From a virus (lineage: Duplodnaviria > Caudoviricetes), in IMG/VR virus record IMGVR_UViG_3300049144_000052, positions 12,594 through 76,593 of that record: a stretch of 64,000 nucleotides of DNA. The stretch is one strand, 5' to 3'. The position numbers and the translations under genes were made by a program. The notes below the pieces were generated by a model. That model had not been told where the DNA came from. It ran no database searches and saw only the letters and a list, made by a program, of their open reading frames with translations. Numbering within the stretch: the stretch's first letter is position 1; each line of letters begins with the position of its first letter. This document shows positions 8,858-16,961 of the stretch, piece by piece.

Positions 8858-10320
8858 CCCTCTCGATCCCTGAACTCCCGCTGGTGTACCTGTCGGATGA
8901 TGAACTCGCCCTGATCAACGTGCTGCGTGCGGATATGCAGCGGGACCGGTACGCCTTGCTGTTGCGGGACGCGTACTTCAACGGCGAGCAGCTGGTCCGC
9001 GATCTCGGCATCAGCATCCCCCCGCAGCTCAAGGGCCTGCACACGGTCATCGGCTGGCCGCGGGTAGGCGTCGAGAGTCTGGAAGAGCGCCTCGACCTGG
9101 AGGCGTTCCGCTGGGCTGACGGCGCGGACTCGTCGGAGTTGGCTGAGATCGCCGACGCCAATGATCTGTTCGACGAGTCGAGCCTCGCGCACCTTGATGC
9201 GCTCGTCTACGGCCGCGAGTATCTGGCGGTCGGTTCGGGGGATTGCCGCACGGATGACTGTCCGCCGTTGATCTCTGCGGAGTCGCCGCTGGATATGACG
9301 TTGATGTGGGATGCCCGTCTGCGGATGGGTACGGCGGCGCTGCGGGAGTGCCAGGCTGACGGATTCGTCGAGTCGGGTCCTGATGAGCGGATGATCGTCC
9401 TCTATCTGCCGGATCAGACCATCACCGCTCTGCCGTCCCCGTCGGGCGGCTGGGAGGTCGTCGACCGGGACATCCACAACTTGGGTGTCGTTCCGGTGGT
9501 GCGGATGGCGAACCGGCAGCGCACCGCGGACCGTGTCGGCAAGAGTGAGATCACCCCGGAGGTCATGTCGATCACGGATGCCGCGTGCCGGCGTCTGATG
9601 GGCATGGAGGTGGCTGCGGAGTTCTTCGGCGCCCCGCAGCGCTACATTCTCGGCGCGTCCGAGTCGGCTTTCCAGGACGCTGAGGGCAACGCCAAGAGCG
9701 CCTGGGAGACGTACATCGGCCGCGTGCTGGCGCTTGAGCGGGACGAGGACGGCCAGGTACCGACGGTCGGCCAGTTCGCCGCGCACGATCCGACGGCGAT
9801 GACGCGGATCATCGACCTGTACGCGCGGATCATGTCGAGCCAGTTCGGGCTGCCGCCGCACATGCTGGGCTACACCACCGACAACCCGGCGAGCGCGGAT
9901 GCGATCCGGTCGACTGAGGCGAAGCTGGTCAAGCGGTCGGAGCGTCGGATCCGCAGGTATGGGGCGGCGTGGCAGCAGGCCATGCGGCTGGCCCTGTGGG
10001 TGCGTGATGGGGAGCCGCCGGACAAGACCCGGCGGATCGAGACGGTATGGCGGAACCCGGCGACACCTACGGTGGCCGCTCAGGCGGACGCCACGGTGAA
10101 ACTGGTCCAGGCGGGCATCCTGCCGGCGGATTCCGACGTCACGCTCGAGATGGCAGGACTGACCGAGGGGCAGCGCCAGCGAGTGAGGGCGGATCGCCGC
10201 CGCTCAGGCGCTGCGGCCACTGGCGGGCGGCTGCTGGATCGGCTGGCCGGCCTGGACGAACGGCCCTCGACGGCGCTGCCGGATGTGGTGGAGGTCGACG
10301 GTGGCGACGACGGTCTCTGA
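8854..10320 (+). CDS. portal protein (SPP1 gp6-like)
   Basis: Follows terL; GWPRVGVESLEERL, GKSEI, AEFFGAPQRYILG, ASADAIR motifs. Confidence 0.9.
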   Translation: MTLSIPELPLVYLSDDELALINVLRADMQRDRYALLLRDAYFNGEQLVRDLGISIPPQLKGLHTVIGWPRVGVESLEERLDLEAFRWADGADSSELAEIADANDLFDESSLAHLDALVYGREYLAVGSGDCRTDDCPPLISAESPLDMTLMWDARLRMGTAALRECQADGFVESGPDERMIVLYLPDQTITALPSPSGGWEVVDRDIHNLGVVPVVRMANRQRTADRVGKSEITPEVMSITDAACRRLMGMEVAAEFFGAPQRYILGASESAFQDAEGNAKSAWETYIGRVLALERDEDGQVPTVGQFAAHDPTAMTRIIDLYARIMSSQFGLPPHMLGYTTDNPASADAIRSTEAKLVKRSERRIRRYGAAWQQAMRLALWVRDGEPPDKTRRIETVWRNPATPTVAAQADATVKLVQAGILPADSDVTLEMAGLTEGQRQRVRADRRRSGAAATGGRLLDRLAGLDERPSTALPDVVEVDGGDDGL

Positions 10321-11050
10321 CGGCGGCCGTGATCCGGACCGGTATCGGGCTGCACAGCGCAGCTTGTCTCGGCTGCTGTTGCGGGATGTTCGCAGGTTGC
10401 GGCGTCTGATCATTCCGTCGCGGTTGCGTTCGTCGGTGCCGGACTGGGCTGCTGCTGTTCAGGCCGTTGTTGACCAGTACGCGCAGACGTCGGCCGCTTT
10501 GGGTGCCGAGTTCTACGACGCCCAGCGGGAGGCTGCCGGGGTGACGGACTCGTTCACGGTGCCCGTTGCCGACCCGCCCCCTGAGGAGCGCACGGAGGCG
10601 AGCCTGCGGTGGGCGACGAAGGATGTGTGGGAGCGGGATCCCGACGTTGCGACGCCGGCGCAGTTGGAGCCTCTCGACGTCCGGCTGGAGCAGGCGGAGA
10701 AGAAGGCCGAGTTGGTGGTGCAGAAGCTCGTCACCGACGCGGGCCGTGGCACGGTGATTGAGGCGGTGCGTCAGGACCGGCAGGCGACCGCGTGGGCCCG
10801 TTCGGCAGCCCTGGGTGCCTGCGCCTTCTGCCGCATGCTCGCTATACGGGGCGCCGTCTATAAGCGGGACACGGTCGACTTCCGCGCCCATGACGGCTGC
10901 CACTGCATGACCATTCCCGTGTTTGCCGGGCAGCGGTTCGAGCTGTCCGACAAGGCCAAGGAGTGGGAGCGGCTGTACCGGGAGTACGCCGCGCCCTACT
11001 CGGGCGATCAGCTCCGCCGGTTCAGGCGGGCCATAGCCGAGCACGGCTGA
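10301..11050 (+). CDS. capsid maturation / MuF-like head protein
   Basis: Between portal and scaffold; WAR..GACAFCRMLA..RG..Y, FRAHDGCHC. Confidence 0.8.
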   Translation: MATTVSDGGRDPDRYRAAQRSLSRLLLRDVRRLRRLIIPSRLRSSVPDWAAAVQAVVDQYAQTSAALGAEFYDAQREAAGVTDSFTVPVADPPPEERTEASLRWATKDVWERDPDVATPAQLEPLDVRLEQAEKKAELVVQKLVTDAGRGTVIEAVRQDRQATAWARSAALGACAFCRMLAIRGAVYKRDTVDFRAHDGCHCMTIPVFAGQRFELSDKAKEWERLYREYAAPYSGDQLRRFRRAIAEHG

Positions 11051-11129
11051 GAGCCGAGCTCACCGTTCAACGAGGTCGCCCTGGTGGCGGCCTTTCTCAT
11101 TTCCACAGCCCCTGGAGGGCCGATTCGTC

Positions 11130-11780
11130 ATGCCTGAAGAGACCGAGACGACCGAGCAGCAGGACACCGGCGCCGACGAAACCGCCGAGGAGACGGCGAC
11201 CGAGGAGAGCGGCACCGACACCACGGAGGACACCCAGGAGGCGGACACCGGCGGCGAGGACAAGCCGTTCGACCGGAAGAAGTTCGAGGCGGAGCTGCGT
11301 AAGAAGAACAGCGAGGCCGCGAACCTCCGAAAGCGCCTGAAGGAGCTCGAACCGCTGGCGAAGAAGGCCAAGGAGTTCGAGGACGCACAGAAGTCCGAGA
11401 CTGAGCGCCTCAACGATCAGTTGGCCGCTGCGACCGAGCAGATCGCCAATACCCGCAAGCGCCTCGTCGAGGCGCGCGTGCAGGCTCTGGCTGGAACGGC
11501 GGCGGGCGAGCGTGCAGCGTTCACGGATCCCGAGGACGCACTCAGTTCGCTCGACCTCGGCTCGTACATCGACGACTCGGGTGACATCGACGAGTCCGCC
11601 ATTGAGGCGGATCTCCAGGCGCTGTTGGAGCGCAAGCCGCACTGGGCCAAGACGGCTCAGCCCCAGGAGGGCCCGCGGCGACCTGCGCCGGACCGCACTC
11701 AGGCGTCCGGCGCCAACAAGAAGCAGGCCCCCAACCCTCGCGACGAGTTCGCCGGGTGGCTGAGTTCGAAGCTCACGTAG
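11130..11780 (+). CDS. capsid scaffolding protein
   Basis: Acidic N-terminus, coiled coil (LRKKNSEAANLRKRLKE), directly before the capsid gene. Confidence 0.85.
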   Translation: MPEETETTEQQDTGADETAEETATEESGTDTTEDTQEADTGGEDKPFDRKKFEAELRKKNSEAANLRKRLKELEPLAKKAKEFEDAQKSETERLNDQLAAATEQIANTRKRLVEARVQALAGTAAGERAAFTDPEDALSSLDLGSYIDDSGDIDESAIEADLQALLERKPHWAKTAQPQEGPRRPAPDRTQASGANKKQAPNPRDEFAGWLSSKLT

Positions 11781-11799
11781 CTTCGGGAGAAGAGACATC

Positions 11800-12756
11800 A
11801 TGGCGGTCACCGCCCCCCTGACGCTGTCCAACGTGGACAGCGCGCTCCTGCCCCGCACGATCACGGCGCCGATCTTCGAGAAGTCGGTGGAGGCCAGCGC
11901 GGTCATGCAGCTGGCCCGTCCGGCGCCGCTGGCCCTGGACGCCACCACCTCGGTGCCGATCCCGATGGACGTGCCGACCGCCGACTGGGTCGGCCAGGCG
12001 GCGAAGAAGCCCCTGTCGACCGGCGGCGTCGACGTCAAGCAGATGCAGGCCAAGAAGGTCGCCGTGCTGATCCCGGTCGCGATGGAGGTCGCGAAGACCA
12101 ACGCGGGCGGCCTGTACGACCAGCTTCAGAAGGATCTGCCGACGGCGTTCGCGCGGGCCTTCGACCACGCGACGATCCACGGAAAGACGATGAAGGGCGC
12201 CGCAGGCCCGTTCACCGAGTACCTGGCCGCGACTTCCAACAGCGTGGCGCTGGGTACGGCCACGCAGGCGCAGGGCGGCATTTGGGCCGACTTCGTCAAC
12301 GGCATGGCCGAGGTCGTCGACGACGACTGGGACTACACCGGTACGGTGGCGGACCACCGGCTGAAGCCGTCGCTACTGCTGGCGACGGACACGACGGGCC
12401 GGCCGATCCTGGTAGACACGCAGACGCCGGGCACGAACATGGCGGCGGCTGGCACGCTGATCGGCGAGCCGCTCGCGTACTCCCGCAGCGTGTCGGGTAA
12501 GCAGCGCCGGCAGTCGGCGAGCGTCGACACTGGCCTTCGGGCGATCGGCGGCGACTGGAGTCAGGCCGCATATGGGGTCGGAATGGACATTACGGTCCGG
12601 ATCTCCGACCAGGCGACCTACGTCGACGAGGAGGGCGGCGTCCACTCCGCCTTCCAGGAGAACCTCGTCCTGATCCTCGCGGAGGCCTACTACGGCTTCG
12701 TCATGGGCGACGTCGACGCGTTCGTCAAGTTCACCGGCACCCCTTCGGGGTCCTGA
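11800..12756 (+). CDS. major capsid protein (HK97 fold)
   Basis: Position and size; SAVMQLA, ADWVGQAAKKP, KKVAVLIPV, FQENLVLILAEAYYGF motifs. Confidence 0.9.
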   Translation: MAVTAPLTLSNVDSALLPRTITAPIFEKSVEASAVMQLARPAPLALDATTSVPIPMDVPTADWVGQAAKKPLSTGGVDVKQMQAKKVAVLIPVAMEVAKTNAGGLYDQLQKDLPTAFARAFDHATIHGKTMKGAAGPFTEYLAATSNSVALGTATQAQGGIWADFVNGMAEVVDDDWDYTGTVADHRLKPSLLLATDTTGRPILVDTQTPGTNMAAAGTLIGEPLAYSRSVSGKQRRQSASVDTGLRAIGGDWSQAAYGVGMDITVRISDQATYVDEEGGVHSAFQENLVLILAEAYYGFVMGDVDAFVKFTGTPSGS

Positions 12757-13790
12757 TGGCGAGGGCTGTCCCGGCTTCCGCGCCGGGCGGGGCAGCCAAG
12801 CCCCTGAAGATCGTCGCCCGCGTGCATGCGATGCCGCCTGAGCACAATGCGGGCGCCGAACACATGCTCGTGTCGATGCTCCGGCCGCTGGTGGAGCGCG
12901 GGCATGACGTGTCTGTGTGGCTGTCCCGCTACGGCAAGGCTCACAAGGAGTACGACTACCGGGGCATCCGGGTGGTGCCGTTGGAGTCGCGGCTCGACTT
13001 CCCGAACGCGGTGAAGCGCTCCGATGTGCTGCTCGCTCATCTGGAGACGGTGCCGTCGGCGGCGTCTCTGGCCCGTGGTTGGGGCAAGCCGCTGGTGGTG
13101 GTCTGCCACAACACGCACCGGCCGACGTTCCGGGACGCTGCGGCGGGTGGAACCGCACTGGCGGTCTACAACTCCCTGTGGATGGAGCGGGAGGCGGAGC
13201 TGTTCTTCGCCGAGTATCCGAAGTCCATCCGCCCCGAGTCGTCGCTGATTGTGCGCCCTCCGGTGTTCGCCGACGAGTACGCGACGAAACCCGGCAAGGC
13301 CATCACGCTGATCAACTGCAATCCGGAGAAGGGCGGCAAGGTCCTCGACGCGCTGGCCCGCCGCATGCCGGATCAGCAGTTCCTTGCCGTGAAGGGCGCC
13401 TATGGCGAGCAAGTCCTCCCGGATCTTCCCAACGTGGAGATCGTCGAGCATGTTCGTGGCGAGGACATGCGGGAGCAGGTGTACGCCCGCACCCGCGTTC
13501 TGCTGATGCCGTCTTCCTACGAGTCGTGGGGGCGGGCTGGCTGCGAGGCGTTGGCGAGCGGTATCCCCGTAGTGGCTCACCCGACGCCGGGTCTGTGCGA
13601 GTCGCTGGGAGAGGCCGGAATCTTCGTGGACCGCGCCGACGTCGCGGGCTACGAGGCGGTCCTCCGGAAGCTGCTCACCGCGGCGGAGTATCGCCTCGCG
13701 TCGAAGCGGGCGAAGGCCCGGTCTGCCGAACTCGATCCGGCTGCTGATCTGGCTGCCTGGTGCAGTGCCGTGGAGGCTCTGGCCCGTTAG
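12756..13790 (+). CDS. GT-B (GT4-like) glycosyltransferase coupled to the major capsid gene
   Basis: HNAGAEHML N-terminal motif; LLMPSSYESWGRAGCEALASGIPVV (EX7E); TGATG stop/start overlap with the capsid gene. Confidence 0.9.
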   Translation: MARAVPASAPGGAAKPLKIVARVHAMPPEHNAGAEHMLVSMLRPLVERGHDVSVWLSRYGKAHKEYDYRGIRVVPLESRLDFPNAVKRSDVLLAHLETVPSAASLARGWGKPLVVVCHNTHRPTFRDAAAGGTALAVYNSLWMEREAELFFAEYPKSIRPESSLIVRPPVFADEYATKPGKAITLINCNPEKGGKVLDALARRMPDQQFLAVKGAYGEQVLPDLPNVEIVEHVRGEDMREQVYARTRVLLMPSSYESWGRAGCEALASGIPVVAHPTPGLCESLGEAGIFVDRADVAGYEAVLRKLLTAAEYRLASKRAKARSAELDPAADLAAWCSAVEALAR

Positions 13791-13798
13791 GAGGCGTC

Positions 13799-14212
13799 GT
13801 GGCTTTCGTCCCTCCGACCGCTGAGCAGCTCGGCCTCTATCTGGGGCTCGACGAGATCCAGGGCGACCGGGCCGACCTGTTGCTCACGACAGCGGTCGCC
13901 CTCTGCCAGACGGTGATCAAGCCGCTCCCGGAGGGTGCCGAAGCTGTCGTCCTGTCGGTTGCGGGCCGCGCCTACGTGAACCCGCAGCAGGTGTCCTACG
14001 AGACGATCGGCCCGATGTCGGTGCAGCGTCCCCAGGGTTCTGGCGGCCTGTACCTGACCAAGGCGGACAAGTCCGCGCTGAAGTCGCTGGCCGGCCGCGG
14101 GGGCGCGTTCACGGTGGATCCGACACCGGCGACGGCGGATCCGTCGCCGACGTGGCCGATCGACGACGCCGGCTTCGCCGACGAGTTCGAGCCCGGATGG
14201 GGGTACTCCTGA
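13799..14212 (+). CDS. head-to-tail adaptor
   Basis: Position; AGRAYVNP..SYETIGP..GGLYLT..L motif typical of actinophage adaptors. Confidence 0.75.
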   Translation: MAFVPPTAEQLGLYLGLDEIQGDRADLLLTTAVALCQTVIKPLPEGAEAVVLSVAGRAYVNPQQVSYETIGPMSVQRPQGSGGLYLTKADKSALKSLAGRGGAFTVDPTPATADPSPTWPIDDAGFADEFEPGWGYS

Positions 14213-14583
14213 TGCCGGCGCCGTACCCGTTCGGGGAGACGGTGCGGATTGTGCGTACCGGTCCGTCGCCGGGAAGGGATCCGCGCGGGCATCCGTTGCC
14301 GGGCCCGGACGAGTCGTTCGACATCGAGGGCTGTGTGGTGACGCCGCGGGCGGAGACGCCGCAGGTGGGCGGCAGCCAGCAGCAGGACCGGGACACGGTC
14401 ATCGTCGGCTGGACGGTGTACGCCCCTGCTGGCCATCCGGGGATGCCGCTACGCACCACGGACGGGGCTGTGATTCGCGGCGTGAGGTGTGAGATCACGG
14501 GCGAGCCGGGCGACTGGGGGCGGTCCCCGTTCACCGGCACCCGCGGTGTGGTCCAGTTCGCTGCCGACCGTGTCACTGGCTGA
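14212..14583 (+). CDS. head-to-tail stopper
   Basis: TGATG coupling; position; ..D.V.IRGV.CEITGEP motif. Confidence 0.7.
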   Translation: MPAPYPFGETVRIVRTGPSPGRDPRGHPLPGPDESFDIEGCVVTPRAETPQVGGSQQQDRDTVIVGWTVYAPAGHPGMPLRTTDGAVIRGVRCEITGEPGDWGRSPFTGTRGVVQFAADRVTG

Positions 14584-14601
14584 CCAGGAAGGCGGTGGAC
14601 G

Positions 14602-14931
14602 GTGCCTGCCCGGTTCAAGATGAAGCGTAAGGGCGTCGGGGAGATGCTGCGGATGCCGTCGATGCAGGCGGAGATGCTGCGGCGTGCCGAGGTCATCAAG
14701 GGTGTGGCGGTGGGCTTGTCCCCGGTGGACGAGAACGGTCCTCATCCTGGGCATTACAAGGAGTCGTGGGAGACGGACAGCACGGCTCGTGGTGGCCGGC
14801 GCCGAGACCGGGCGACAGCCGTCGTCCGTAACACGGCCTATTACGCCCGCTGGGTGGAGTACGGCACGGAGAAGGTCCACGCCCATCATGTGCTGCTGCG
14901 GGCAGCGCAGTTGGGTGGGCGGAACCAGTGA
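14602..14931 (+). CDS. neck/tail completion protein (HK97 gp10-like)
   Basis: GHYKESW..YARWVEYGT..H.LLRAA. Confidence 0.75.
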   Translation: MPARFKMKRKGVGEMLRMPSMQAEMLRRAEVIKGVAVGLSPVDENGPHPGHYKESWETDSTARGGRRRDRATAVVRNTAYYARWVEYGTEKVHAHHVLLRAAQLGGRNQ

Positions 14932-15320
14932 CCGCCCTCGTCGACATCGAGCTGGAGCTCATCGGCCGCGGCCAGGCCCGATTCCCGGACGCGGTGGTGC
15001 GGGACGAGCTCGACAACAACCTGCTCAACGAGTTGCCGACGATCCAGATCCAGCAGATCCCCGGCGGCGACGATGACGGGCTGAGGCTCGGCCGGATGCT
15101 CGTCGACATCGACGTGTACGCCACCACCAGGGCTGATGCGATCACGCTGGCCCGTGCGGTGCACGACTGGGTGACTGGCGAACTTCGCGGCTCGACCAGC
15201 GACACCGCCGTCATCGGCCGCACAGGCGGCCTCACGCTGCCGGCACCTCGCCCCTACGACAACACCGCCCTGCGCCGTGTCGGGGCGACCTACGAAATCT
15301 TCTGCCACCCGGTCTCCTGA
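14928..15320 (+). CDS. tail terminator
   Basis: Position before the major tail gene; VDIDVYATTR. Confidence 0.7.
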   Translation: MTALVDIELELIGRGQARFPDAVVRDELDNNLLNELPTIQIQQIPGGDDDGLRLGRMLVDIDVYATTRADAITLARAVHDWVTGELRGSTSDTAVIGRTGGLTLPAPRPYDNTALRRVGATYEIFCHPVS

Positions 15321-15392
15321 CCGGCTGCTGGGCCCGCGCCGGACCCGTTTCTCCCGCCCGTGCGCGGGCTCTTCCATGTCTGGAGACATCTC

Positions 15393-15980
15393 ATGGTCAA
15401 CATCACCCGCGCTGCCGACTTGGCGCTCGTGGGCGCGAACGGCGGGGGTTTCGTCGCCCCGGTGGGGACGGCGGCGCCGGCGGATCCCCGGAATCAGCCG
15501 CAGGCTCCGTGGGAGCCGCTGGGCGCGATCTCGGACGACGGTCTGACCTACGGGTTCGACGAGGACAGCCAGGAGTTCACCCCCTGGGGTCTGACCAGCC
15601 CGTTCCGCACGCAGATCACCAAGTCCGTGCGGACGTTCGGACTGACGGTGTGGGAGACGTCCCGTATCGCTGTCCAGTCGCTGCAGTACCGGCTGGACGC
15701 GGCAGATCTGGAGCCGGACGGGGACGGTCTGACGAAGTACGCGGAGACCGCGTCGCCCTCGCCGGACCGCCGGGCGTTCTGGTTTCTCGTCATCGACGGG
15801 GACGCCTACAAGGGCTTCTACGTGCCCGAGGGCGAGATCAACGACCGGTCGGACGTGACTTTCAAGCAGGACGAGATGTCCGGCTACGAGTGGACGATCA
15901 CGACCTACCCGGACGCGTCCGGGAACACCGTCTACCACGTCGACAAGATCCCGGTCACGCCCGCGTACAGCGGGTCCTGA
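15393..15980 (+). CDS. major tail protein
   Basis: LGAISDDGL.Y..DEDSQEFTPW, G.I..RSDVTF..DE..GYE.TITTYPD. Confidence 0.85.
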   Translation: MVNITRAADLALVGANGGGFVAPVGTAAPADPRNQPQAPWEPLGAISDDGLTYGFDEDSQEFTPWGLTSPFRTQITKSVRTFGLTVWETSRIAVQSLQYRLDAADLEPDGDGLTKYAETASPSPDRRAFWFLVIDGDAYKGFYVPEGEINDRSDVTFKQDEMSGYEWTITTYPDASGNTVYHVDKIPVTPAYSGS

Positions 15981-16085
15981 GACGGGTGGACGGGCCGTAG
16001 GCACCTTGAGTGCCGCCGTTGGCGCGGGCCCGGCCCGTCCACCTCTACATTCCGCCCGCGCCGTTGATGTGAAGGAGCCCGCGCC

Positions 16086-16529
16086 GTGGCCGCAACACCA
16101 CGCAAGACCGCCAACTCGAGCAGGAAGCCGCGCAGTGCGGCCCGAGCAACATCCCGCCCCGCCACCAACCGCCGCGTCGTGGACGAGGTAGAGGAGCCGG
16201 ACATCGATGAGACAGACGTGACGGCCGCCGACGCACAGGAGACTGAGGCCGAGGGCCACTACGTCACCGCGTCCCTGTGTGGCGAGGAACTCCAGATCAT
16301 CCCGCCGGGCGCCTGGCGGCAGTCTTGGCACCGGCTTCTGAACCGCGGCATGTTCGACGAGTTCGCCGAGCTCGTACTGCACCCGGACGACGTCGACGTG
16401 TACTTCGACATCGACCCGACGAACGACGAGTTCAACGACTTCGTGACCGACGCGGCCAGCCAGTCCGGTGAGAGCCTGGGGAAATCGCGTGGACCCGCTC
16501 GGTCGTCGAAGCGCACGCGGAGGCGGTAG
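16086..16529 (+). CDS. tail assembly chaperone (short form)
   Basis: Between major tail and tape measure genes; ends just after a slippery site. Confidence 0.85.
   Translation: MAATPRKTANSSRKPRSAARATSRPATNRRVVDEVEEPDIDETDVTAADAQETEAEGHYVTASLCGEELQIIPPGAWRQSWHRLLNRGMFDEFAELVLHPDDVDVYFDIDPTNDEFNDFVTDAASQSGESLGKSRGPARSSKRTRRR
16478..16484 (+). other. programmed -1 frameshift site GGGGAAA
   Basis: CTG GGG AAA; the -1 frame reads EIAWTRSVVEAHAEAVEADLLRYY.. open to 16939. Confidence 0.8.
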
Positions 16530-16939
16530 AAGCCGACCTGCTCCGCTACTACCAGGGCGTTGACCTTCTGGATGTGTATCGGGGGGCGATGTCGTGGCGT
16601 CGGCTGCGGGTGCTGATCCAGCATCTGCCGTCGGAGTCGTCGACGTGGACGGCTCTGCGGAATGCGATGTCGCCGGAGGAGCTGGCGGAGCAGGCCGACA
16701 AGGGCGAGCCGGAGAAGGCCCGCTGGTCGCAGGAGGAGCAGCTCCTCGCGTCCGTGCTGGACGCGGTCCGCCGTGTCGAGTGGGTCCTGATCTGCGCGAA
16801 CAGCGACTCGAAGTCGAAGCGCCCGAAAGCCCCGGAGCCGGTCCGCCGGCCCGGTGCGAAGCCGCTGCGGGCGAAGCAGAAGCTCACGGACGCGCAAGCA
16901 CACGACCTCTTCCGCATCATCAACGGAGGCGCCGCGTAG
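16478..16939 (+). CDS. tail assembly chaperone frameshift extension (fusion 16086..16939)
   Basis: EADLLRYY.GVDLLD..RG.MSWRRL.VLI.HLP.ES motif, in the -1 frame. Confidence 0.8.
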   Translation, partial: GEIAWTRSVVEAHAEAVEADLLRYYQGVDLLDVYRGAMSWRRLRVLIQHLPSESSTWTALRNAMSPEELAEQADKGEPEKARWSQEEQLLASVLDAVRRVEWVLICANSDSKSKRPKAPEPVRRPGAKPLRAKQKLTDAQAHDLFRIINGGAA

Positions 16940-16961
16940 CGCTGCGGAGAGGGGGCTCCGC

